Positions 1 to 6,846 of a stretch of 64,000 nt of DNA are shown here, piece by piece (the stretch's first letter is position 1; every line of letters starts with the position of its first letter). Where the stretch lies: contig JACKFK010000005.1 in the NCBI GenBank assembly GCA_020632515.1, forward strand, positions 157,327-221,326. The letters are read 5' to 3'. The notes beneath the pieces are model-generated. The model saw only the letters and a program-made list of their open reading frames with translations. It was not told the DNA's origin and made no database searches. The stretch comes from Candidatus Omnitrophota bacterium (GTDB taxonomy: Bacteria; Omnitrophota; Gorgyraeia; Zapsychrales; Zapsychraceae). Made by a program: the position numbers and the translations under genes.

Positions 1-487
1 TGAGCGGCTGTTTAAATTAGCGGATAATCCACAGGATATGTTGAAATTAACAACGAGGCAGATCGAAAAAGCGATTTATCCCGTCGGATTCTATAAAACA
101 AAAGCCAAGACCATTCATGGGATTTGTCATGATATTTTGGAAAAGTTTAGAGGTAATGTGCCAAATGACTTGGACATATTATTAACAATGAAGGGCGTTG
201 GCCGCAAAACAGCTAATCTTGTTCTTACCGAAGGATTTCAAATTCCCGCTATGTGTGTGGACACTCATGTCCATCGAATCTCTAATCGTTTTGGTTATGT
301 AAAAACAGACTCGCCGGAAGAAACCGAGATGGCTTTGAGAAAGAAGTTGCCTAAAGTGCATTGGATGGATTACAATGCCTTGCTAGTGACATGGGGGCAA
401 AATGTTTGTAAACCGATCTCGCCTTTATGTTCCCAATGTTCAGTTAAGCGTTATTGTGACCGCAATGATGTGGCAATCAGTCGTTAA
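1..487 (+). CDS. nth: Endonuclease III (Nth), 5' end cut by the window edge
   Basis: The reading frame is open from the window start. HhH-GPD region 'LLTMKGVGRKTANLVL' and 'VDTHVHRISNRFG'. C-terminal 4Fe-4S ligands 'CKPISPLCSQCSVKRYC' (C-X6-C-X2-C-X5-C). Confidence 0.9.
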   Translation, partial: ERLFKLADNPQDMLKLTTRQIEKAIYPVGFYKTKAKTIHGICHDILEKFRGNVPNDLDILLTMKGVGRKTANLVLTEGFQIPAMCVDTHVHRISNRFGYVKTDSPEETEMALRKKLPKVHWMDYNALLVTWGQNVCKPISPLCSQCSVKRYCDRNDVAISR

Positions 488-509
488 ATGTTAATAATGG
501 AAAACACGT

Positions 510-1859
510 ATGATTAAAAGAGGTTCAATTATTAATCCGGAAATCCAGGCTGTTTTAAGTTCCTCGAATAGAAAAGAGGGGATAAAGAAACTGTTCGCGG
601 ATATGCATCCGTATGACATCTTTGTCTTATGTGAAGATTTGGACAATACGCAAATCGCTGAGTGTATACGAGCGCTGGGGGTTCCTGCTGGGATTGAACT
701 GTTTGAGCAGTTTGATGATGATCGGCGAAAAGAAATTTTTTCCTGTTTTAGCGGAGAATGGATGGCGGATATTTTGGAAGAAATGTCGCATGATGAGCGG
801 GCCGATTTTGTTAAAAATCTTTCCCCCGAAAAGATGGAGGAGATTTTACCTTTGGTTGCTCGAGCTGAGCGGATTGATATTAAAAAATTAATTGAATATA
901 AGGAAGGCACGGCAGGGTCGATATTAACTACAGATTATGCGTCGCTTCCACCTAATATTTCAGTCAAAGAGGCCATTGAAAAAATCAAACTGCAGGCCTT
1001 TAATCGTGAAACCATTTATTATATTTATGTTATTGATAGCGATCGTAAACTTTTAGGATTTGTTTCCTTGCGGGATATTTTGGTTGCCCCATCGCAGAAG
1101 TTAATTGAAGATATTATGCATAAAAACGTCATCAGTGCCAATGTTAATGACGATAAGGAAGAAGTAGCTAATAAATTATCAGATTATAACTTTTTGGCGA
1201 TTCCAATTGTTGATAATGATGAGCGTTTGGTTGGTATTGTTACAGTTGATGACGTTGTTGATGTTGTTATAGAGGAAACAACGGAAGATATTTATAAATA
1301 CGGTGCTGCGGGGGAATATATTGATTATATGAAAGCCAATCCTTTTAATGTGGCCAGACAGCGAGCCTTTTGGTTGCTTTTTTTAATTATTGTTGGTTCT
1401 GTATCGGCGTTTATTTTACAAAAGAATACATATTTACTTGAGACGGTAGTTGCCTTAAGTTTCTTTACGCCGTTGTTGTTGGGAGCTGGAGGTAACGCTG
1501 GGACGCAGTCATCAACGGTTGTTATTAGGGGATTGGCTGTTGGTGAAATTGAAATGGAAGATGTGTTTAAAGTTATAAAGAAAGAGATGAGCGTTGGTAT
1601 TTGCGTTGGTACGTTTATGGCATTGGTTGCTTCTGTTATGGCTTCCTGGTTGGATAAAGATCCTCGTCTTGGTTTTACCGTCGGAATGGCAATGATTTTC
1701 AATGTAACATTGGCTACTTCTTTAGGGGCTTTTTTACCAATCTTATTTAAGAAATTTAAACTAGATCCGGCATTAATGTCAGGTCCCTTTATTACATGTA
1801 TTGTGGATGTTGTTTCTTTAATAGTTTATTTTAAAATTGCCACTATAATTTTTGCATAG
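510..1859 (+). CDS. mgtE: Magnesium transporter MgtE
   Basis: 449 aa. Acidic cytosolic N-domain, tandem CBS-like region ('FLAIPIVDNDERLVGIVTVDDV'), and a C-terminal 5-TM domain with 'GAGGNAGTQSS' typical of MgtE. Confidence 0.9.
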   Translation: MIKRGSIINPEIQAVLSSSNRKEGIKKLFADMHPYDIFVLCEDLDNTQIAECIRALGVPAGIELFEQFDDDRRKEIFSCFSGEWMADILEEMSHDERADFVKNLSPEKMEEILPLVARAERIDIKKLIEYKEGTAGSILTTDYASLPPNISVKEAIEKIKLQAFNRETIYYIYVIDSDRKLLGFVSLRDILVAPSQKLIEDIMHKNVISANVNDDKEEVANKLSDYNFLAIPIVDNDERLVGIVTVDDVVDVVIEETTEDIYKYGAAGEYIDYMKANPFNVARQRAFWLLFLIIVGSVSAFILQKNTYLLETVVALSFFTPLLLGAGGNAGTQSSTVVIRGLAVGEIEMEDVFKVIKKEMSVGICVGTFMALVASVMASWLDKDPRLGFTVGMAMIFNVTLATSLGAFLPILFKKFKLDPALMSGPFITCIVDVVSLIVYFKIATIIFA

Positions 1860-1884
1860 GTTTTTCTAAAATTTATAGAATTTC

Positions 1885-1913
1885 TTGACTTCATAGTTTT
1901 GTTATGTTAAATA
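1885..1913 (+). promoter_or_regulatory. Sigma70-like promoter candidate (TTGACT, 17 nt spacer, TGtTAAATA extended -10)
   Basis: TTGACT at 1885-1890 and TAAATA at 1908-1913, preceded by TG at 1905-1906. Read directly from the sequence. Confidence 0.4.
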
Positions 1914-2053
1914 AATTTAGCTATGTTTATTAACAAAATATTAAATTTAAAATATTCTGAACTTCCGCCTAATGTGGTTTGGGCTTTTTATTAAAGTTAT
2001 GTGGAACAACGGGGGAGATCTGTAAGATTGAACAAAACGGATTATAAATAATT

Positions 2054-2090
2054 ATGGAACCTGATTTTTTTTCTTAGGTTCCATTTTTTA
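2054..2090 (+). terminator. Rho-independent terminator-like hairpin 18 nt upstream of the next start codon
   Basis: ATGGAACCT (2054-2062) pairs with AGGTTCCAT (2076-2084), followed by TTTTT. Confidence 0.55.
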
Positions 2091-2107
2091 TTGTCTAAAT
2101 AAGGATA

Positions 2108-3163
2108 ATGAGCATGGGAATGACGATTGGTTTAACATACGATTTAAAAGATTCTTGGAATTTTCGGCAAAATGATCCACAAGACGCAAATGCGGAATTT
2201 GATAAGCCGCAGACAGTTGATCGTGTTGTCGAAGCTTTAGAATCTGGCGGTCATCGTGTTTTGCGTATAGGTAATGTAGAAAAGTTATTGGAACAAATTG
2301 CGGAACTGGATGTGGATTTGGTATTTAACATGTGCGAAGGCGTTAGTGGTCGGAATCGGGAAATGCAAGTGCCGATGTTGTTGGAAATGTATAATATTCC
2401 CTTTGTCGGCGCGGACGCGCTGACTTTGGGTATTTCTTTAGATAAGGTAGCTGCTAAAAAAATGTTTATGGCAGATAATATTTCTACAGCAAAATTTTTT
2501 GTAGTTGATGAAGATAAGAATCTTTCCGAAAAAGAATTAATCCCGTTATTAAATAAGAATAATATGCGTTTTCCTTTGATGGTAAAAACGCGCCATGAAG
2601 GTTCTTCAAAAGGGATTAATGAAAATTCACGTGTTACGGATATTGCGGCTCTTGTGCGGCAAGTGCGCTGGATTCATAACAAATATCATCAGTCTGCATT
2701 AGTTGAAGAGTTTATTCATGGATCAGAATTTACCGTGGCTGTTTTAGGCAATAACAATTGTCAGGCGATGCCGGTTGTCCAATATTCGATGAATGGAAAG
2801 CTGGATTTAGGAGAAGAGTTTTATACAAATCAACGGTTGATAGATATGTCGGTTCAATATATATGTCCGGCGAAAATTTCTGAAGAATTAACTTTGAAAT
2901 TACAGGATTTAGCGGTTAAGGCTTACAAAAGTATTGAATGTCGTGATTTGGGACGGGTAGATTTCAGGGTTGACGAAAATGGACAGCCCTATGTCTTGGA
3001 AATAAATCCGCTGCCAAGTTTAGAAAAAGGTGATGTTTTCGATCTTTTTCCTAAAGCATTAGGGACAAATTTTGCTGAGAAATTAAATGAGATTATAAAT
3101 TTTGCTGCAATTCGTTATGGACTGACGGAAACAGCAACTATAAGGACAGCATTACGAAACTAA
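2108..3163 (+). CDS. D-alanine--D-alanine ligase family ATP-grasp ligase, substrate unknown
   Basis: 351 aa. Ddl-like 'CEGVSGRNREMQVPMLLEMYNIPFVGADALTLGISLDKVAAKKMF'. ATP-grasp C-terminal core 'GRVDFRVDENGQPYVLEINPLPSL'. The N-terminus is atypical for a housekeeping Ddl. Confidence 0.7.
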   Translation: MSMGMTIGLTYDLKDSWNFRQNDPQDANAEFDKPQTVDRVVEALESGGHRVLRIGNVEKLLEQIAELDVDLVFNMCEGVSGRNREMQVPMLLEMYNIPFVGADALTLGISLDKVAAKKMFMADNISTAKFFVVDEDKNLSEKELIPLLNKNNMRFPLMVKTRHEGSSKGINENSRVTDIAALVRQVRWIHNKYHQSALVEEFIHGSEFTVAVLGNNNCQAMPVVQYSMNGKLDLGEEFYTNQRLIDMSVQYICPAKISEELTLKLQDLAVKAYKSIECRDLGRVDFRVDENGQPYVLEINPLPSLEKGDVFDLFPKALGTNFAEKLNEIINFAAIRYGLTETATIRTALRN

Positions 3164-3164
3164 T

Positions 3165-4340
3165 ATGAATCCGATAGAATCTATTCAAAACGAGATTTCA
3201 TCTTCTTTTCCAACGGTTAAACTTTCACCGAAGGAAAATCGTGTTATTAATTTTTTTAAAGACGCGACTCCGTTAGATTGGGAAGATTGGCGCTGGCAAA
3301 TTCGTAATAGGGTTCGTTCTTTAGATGTGTTGAACAAATTTATCAATCTAACAAAACATGAAATTAAAGGGATTCAAGGGTGTGGCAATAAATTGACAAT
3401 GTCAATCCCTCCGTATTTTGCCAGTTTAATGGATCCTGAAGATCCAAAATGTCCGATTCGTTTACAAAGTGTTCCGCAAGTTCATGAATTGGAGGTTTCT
3501 GAAAATGAAATGAGAGATCCTTGCGGGGAAGATAAAAATTCACCTGTGCATGGATTGGTACATCGTTACCCTGATCGGGTTTTGTTTCTTGTTAATGAGA
3601 TGTGCGCCATGTATTGTCGGTATTGCACACGTTCTCGCATGGTTGGTGATGGGCAAAGAACATTGAGTACAGAAACTTATAATGCAGCATTTGACTACAT
3701 CCGTTCTAATAAAAAAATACGGGATGTTTTAATTTCCGGCGGAGATCCATTAACAATGAGCGATCGCATGCTTGAACATATTATCAAGACATTAAAAGAA
3801 ATCCCCCATGTCGAATTTGTTCGAATAGGAACACGAATACCTGTTACTTTGCCTCAACGGATTACTTTTGATTTGGTGAATATGCTCAAGAAGTATAGTC
3901 CGATTTGGATGAGCATTCATTTCAATCATCCTAAAGAAATCACGAAACGCGTTAAATTTGCGTGTGATCTTTTGGCGGATAGCGGAATCCCGATGGGGAG
4001 TCAGACTGTTTTGCTTAAGGGAATTAATGATAAACCTGCTGTTATGAAAAAATTAATGCATGAATTGCTCAAGATAAGGGTTCGCCCTTATTATATTTAT
4101 CAATGCGATCCGATTCTTGGATCTAAACATTTCCGCACACCAGTCTCGGTAGGTCTTAATATTATTGAAAAATTAAGAGGACATACAACAGGTTACGCTG
4201 TTCCGACTTATGTCATTGACGGACCAGGCGGTGGTGGGAAGATTCCTCTTTCCTCAAATTATATCCTTGCCCAGGACAATGGCGTTTACACTCTGCGCAA
4301 TTATGCGGGGAAACAATTTGTCTATCACGACCCTCAATAA
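3165..4340 (+). CDS. kamA: KamA-family radical SAM aminomutase (lysine 2,3-aminomutase-like)
   Basis: 391 aa. 'WEDWRWQIRNR' N-terminal signature. Radical SAM 'CAMYCRYCTRS'. 'YIYQCD' and 'VIDGPGGGGK' are conserved. The start lies 1 nt after the upstream stop codon. Confidence 0.85.
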   Translation: MNPIESIQNEISSSFPTVKLSPKENRVINFFKDATPLDWEDWRWQIRNRVRSLDVLNKFINLTKHEIKGIQGCGNKLTMSIPPYFASLMDPEDPKCPIRLQSVPQVHELEVSENEMRDPCGEDKNSPVHGLVHRYPDRVLFLVNEMCAMYCRYCTRSRMVGDGQRTLSTETYNAAFDYIRSNKKIRDVLISGGDPLTMSDRMLEHIIKTLKEIPHVEFVRIGTRIPVTLPQRITFDLVNMLKKYSPIWMSIHFNHPKEITKRVKFACDLLADSGIPMGSQTVLLKGINDKPAVMKKLMHELLKIRVRPYYIYQCDPILGSKHFRTPVSVGLNIIEKLRGHTTGYAVPTYVIDGPGGGGKIPLSSNYILAQDNGVYTLRNYAGKQFVYHDPQ

Positions 4341-4379
4341 TTTCCTCAATATCGGTTTATTTGCTTAAATTAGAATTAA

Positions 4380-4408
4380 TTGACGTAAAATCTACTCTAT
4401 GCTACTAT
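4380..4408 (+). promoter_or_regulatory. Sigma70-like promoter candidate (TTGACG-17-TACTAT)
   Basis: TTGACG at 4380-4385, a 17-nt spacer, and TACTAT at 4403-4408. It lies upstream of the P-II gene. Confidence 0.45.
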
Positions 4409-4466
4409 TTAGGCTCTTTTTAACTGTTGGGATAAATTTAGAAAATATTTATTTTGGAGTAATATT

Positions 4467-4769
4467 ATGAGAAAAATTGAAGCTATTGTTCGAAAAGAAA
4501 AATTCGAAGATATTATAAAAGTTTTGGAAAAGTCTGGTATTGGAGGAGTTACGGTAACTGAAGCTAAGGGGTTTGGGCACCATCGGAATGGCTTAAAGGA
4601 GAAATATAAGATTGAAATTTATGTTGATGAATTTCAAGTCGATAAGGTGATTGACATGATTCGATCTGTGGCAAAAACCGGAACCACAGGGGATGGAAAA
4701 ATTGCTATTTTACAGTTGGAAAATCTTATTAAGATTCGTACAGGAGAGGAAGGCGCCAGCGCGATTTGA
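4467..4769 (+). CDS. P-II (GlnB/GlnK) family signal protein with a shortened T-loop
   Basis: 100 aa. 'MRKIEAIVR...VTVTEAKGFG', B-loop 'TGTTGDGKIA', C-terminal 'IRTGEEGASAI'. The segment between 'GFG' and the beta3 strand 'KIEIYV' is much shorter than in canonical 112-aa GlnB. Confidence 0.8.
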   Translation: MRKIEAIVRKEKFEDIIKVLEKSGIGGVTVTEAKGFGHHRNGLKEKYKIEIYVDEFQVDKVIDMIRSVAKTGTTGDGKIAILQLENLIKIRTGEEGASAI

Positions 4770-4785
4770 AACAAGGAAAAATATA

Positions 4786-4813
4786 TTTACATTCAAGGTT
4801 AATTTAATATAAT
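4786..4813 (+). promoter_or_regulatory. Sigma70-like promoter candidate (TTTACA-16-TATAAT)
   Basis: TTTACA at 4786-4791 and TATAAT at 4808-4813. It lies upstream of rpsU. Confidence 0.45.
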
Positions 4814-4860
4814 ATTACTTCATTAATTTAAAAAATAATAGTTAAGGTGGTGAATAATTC

Positions 4861-5019
4861 ATGATTGAAGTTAAAGTTAATGATTCAAATGGCTTTGAAA
4901 AGGCAATGAAGATTTTTAAAAAAGCCTGCCAAAAAGATGGTTTTATGATGGAACTGAAGGATCGTCAATATTACTGCAAACCATCTGAGAAGAAAAGACA
5001 TAAGAATAAAAAGAGGTAA
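4861..5019 (+). CDS. rpsU: 30S ribosomal protein S21 (absent from the ORF track because it is under 60 aa)
   Basis: My translation: MIEVKVNDSNGFEKAMKIFKKACQKDGFMMELKDRQYYCKPSEKKRHKNKKR. It matches the S21 pattern (xEVxV..N...ALRxFKRxCxKxG...ELxxRxxYEKPSxxRK). RBS AAGGTGG lies upstream. Confidence 0.85.
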   Translation: MIEVKVNDSNGFEKAMKIFKKACQKDGFMMELKDRQYYCKPSEKKRHKNKKR

Positions 5020-5022
5020 TTT

Positions 5023-5108
5023 GAAATGGCTTTGAGCTATACGGAAATATTTGAGTGGCGCAAAACACTCAAAGGAAATCTGTAGGTTCAAAGCCTTTCT
5101 TATTTTGT
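5023..5108 (+). terminator. Compound terminator structure after rpsU
   Basis: The outer stem pairs GAAA(T)GGCTTTGA (from 5023) with TCAAAGCCTTTC (ending 5099), followed by a T-rich tract. An inner hairpin pairs TTTGAGTG with CACTCAAA. Confidence 0.45.
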
Positions 5109-5118
5109 GAGATAAGTT

Positions 5119-5634
5119 ATGGGAAAATCCAAGAAAATAGCTATTTTAGTAGAAGATCTTTATCAAGTCTTAGAAGTTTGGTATCCGATTTTGCGCTTAA
5201 AAGAAAATGGCGTAGAAGCGGTGGTCATTGGTTCTGGCACAAAAGATTTGTACGCGAGTAAGGAAGGATATCCGGTCAAGGCGGATGTTTCTATTGAAAA
5301 GGCGAATCCGCAGGGTTTTGCTGGGGTCATTATCCCTGGCGGATGGGCTCCGGATATTATGCGGCGATTTCCCAAAATGGTAAATTTTGTAAGAGATATA
5401 AATGCCCAAGGAAAAGTTGTTGCTTCAATTTGTCATGGCGGATGGATGCTGGTTTCAGCTGGGATATTAAAAAACAAAAAAGCAACAAGCTTTTTTGCGA
5501 TTAAAGATGATTTAATTGCAGCCGGAGCTAATTATGTGGATGAAGAGGTTGTTGTTGACGGAAACTTAATTACTTCTCGGAAACCGGAAGATTTAACAGC
5601 TTTTGTTGTAGAGATTATAAAACAACTGAGATAA
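5119..5634 (+). CDS. DJ-1/PfpI family protein (PfpI-type cysteine peptidase / glyoxalase III-like)
   Basis: 171 aa. Nucleophile elbow 'VASICHGGWMLVSAG', plus 'IIPGGWAPD' and 'VVVDGNLITSRKPEDL'. Confidence 0.85.
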   Translation: MGKSKKIAILVEDLYQVLEVWYPILRLKENGVEAVVIGSGTKDLYASKEGYPVKADVSIEKANPQGFAGVIIPGGWAPDIMRRFPKMVNFVRDINAQGKVVASICHGGWMLVSAGILKNKKATSFFAIKDDLIAAGANYVDEEVVVDGNLITSRKPEDLTAFVVEIIKQLR

Positions 5635-5686
5635 CTGCTAAGTTTAAGGATTCTTAATAATCGGCCAACGTATTGAAAAAGAATTT

Positions 5687-6835
5687 ATGTTGTTACGAAC
5701 TTTCAGACTTAATGGTTTAAATAAAATTTATCAAGAAAATGTGAGAAAAATGCTTCGGGATCCCAACCGTAAGCCTCTTTTGCTTCAGATGCGAGAATTG
5801 ATATGGCTGGCGAAGACACAAAAATATTGGCCGCATAATTATTTTCGTTATAAAGCGTATACTAAAGGATATGATGTCCGGGAGTTGCAGTATTATCTGC
5901 CGGGGCGGCTTATGAATTTTATCCGTGAGGATTGTGTGAATGATCAAAGTTGCAAAGATTTTTGTAATGATAAGGTTCAATTTAAAAGAATCTTGATGGA
6001 AAACGCCCTGCCAACAGCAGAACCTATTGGCTACTTTTCTAGAGGGCAAGGATATTTTCGGTTAGATGATTCGCCGATTGATGAAGCCGAATTTTTGAAT
6101 AATCTAGACGGGTATTATGTAATTAAACCTTCGCGAGATACTTCTTGTGGCCGAGGTATTCTATTTTTTTCTACCGATCAGCAGTCAGCAATAGTTAATT
6201 TTGGAGATAACCACACAATACTTCTCAATGAATTGCGGGGATATTTAAGCCAGCATCATAATAAATGCCTACTTATTGAGAGACAGCTTAAACAGCATCC
6301 GCAAATGGCGGTTATTTATTCACATGCAGTTAATACGATACGGATAGATACTCTTCGTTGTCTGGATGGAAATATTATAAATTTAAATGCTTATATTCGC
6401 TTAGGTCGTGGCGATCGTAAGGTAGATAATATTACAGCGGCGGAAGGTGTGGGAGGGATATCTGTTCCCATTGATCATATTTCTGGTCGTTTAAAAGGTA
6501 TAGGGAAAGATAGATATCTTAATGAATTCATACAGCATCCTGATACTGGAGTTGCATTTGAAGGTATTGAAATTCCTTTTTGGAATGAATTAAAAGAACT
6601 CGTATGTCAAGCTCATCGAGTCTTTCCCAAAGTTAATTCAATTGGGTGGGATGTAGGGATTACACCACAAGGGCCTGTATTAATAGAAGGCAATCATGAT
6701 TATGATATGTATGGGATACAGGTTATGCATGGAGGGTATTTAAAAAATAAAGTATTTGTCGAACAGATGCTGGGATATATTCGGCAATCACCATTTCGTA
6801 ACAAATATGAGCGATATTTTCTCATTAAAAATTAA
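5687..6835 (+). CDS. ATP-grasp protein resembling the sugar-transfer-associated ATP-grasp family (ATPgrasp_ST-like)
   Basis: 382 aa. 'YYVIKPSRDTSCGRGILFF', 'DNITAAEGVGGISVPIDHISGRL' and 'IGWDVGITPQGPVLIEGN' match the pattern I recall for this family. Not verified by an HMM search. Confidence 0.5.
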   Translation: MLLRTFRLNGLNKIYQENVRKMLRDPNRKPLLLQMRELIWLAKTQKYWPHNYFRYKAYTKGYDVRELQYYLPGRLMNFIREDCVNDQSCKDFCNDKVQFKRILMENALPTAEPIGYFSRGQGYFRLDDSPIDEAEFLNNLDGYYVIKPSRDTSCGRGILFFSTDQQSAIVNFGDNHTILLNELRGYLSQHHNKCLLIERQLKQHPQMAVIYSHAVNTIRIDTLRCLDGNIINLNAYIRLGRGDRKVDNITAAEGVGGISVPIDHISGRLKGIGKDRYLNEFIQHPDTGVAFEGIEIPFWNELKELVCQAHRVFPKVNSIGWDVGITPQGPVLIEGNHDYDMYGIQVMHGGYLKNKVFVEQMLGYIRQSPFRNKYERYFLIKN

Positions 6836-6846
6836 GGGTTTTTTCT

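Noticed and set aside
491-910. Antisense or alternative-frame track ORFs nested inside strong genes. Examples: 491..910(-), 613..891(+), 1325..1702(-), 5163..5375(-), 5717..6049(-), 8849..9067(-), 10319..10573(-), 20400..20753(-), 27611..28000(-), 30545..30805(+), 32231..32539(+), 44265..44603(-), 53318..53728(-), 59118..59444(-), 60056..60358(-).
   Set aside because: Each lies fully within, or largely overlaps, a gene with clear family motifs on the other strand or in another frame. Their translations are low-complexity, with no motifs and no RBS. This is typical of shadow ORFs in AT-rich DNA.
1921-2090. Lysine (L-box) riboswitch in front of the kamA operon.
   Set aside because: The leader is extremely AT-rich and lacks the G-rich conserved junction motifs of the L-box that I know. 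It is kept only as an unclassified leader candidate.
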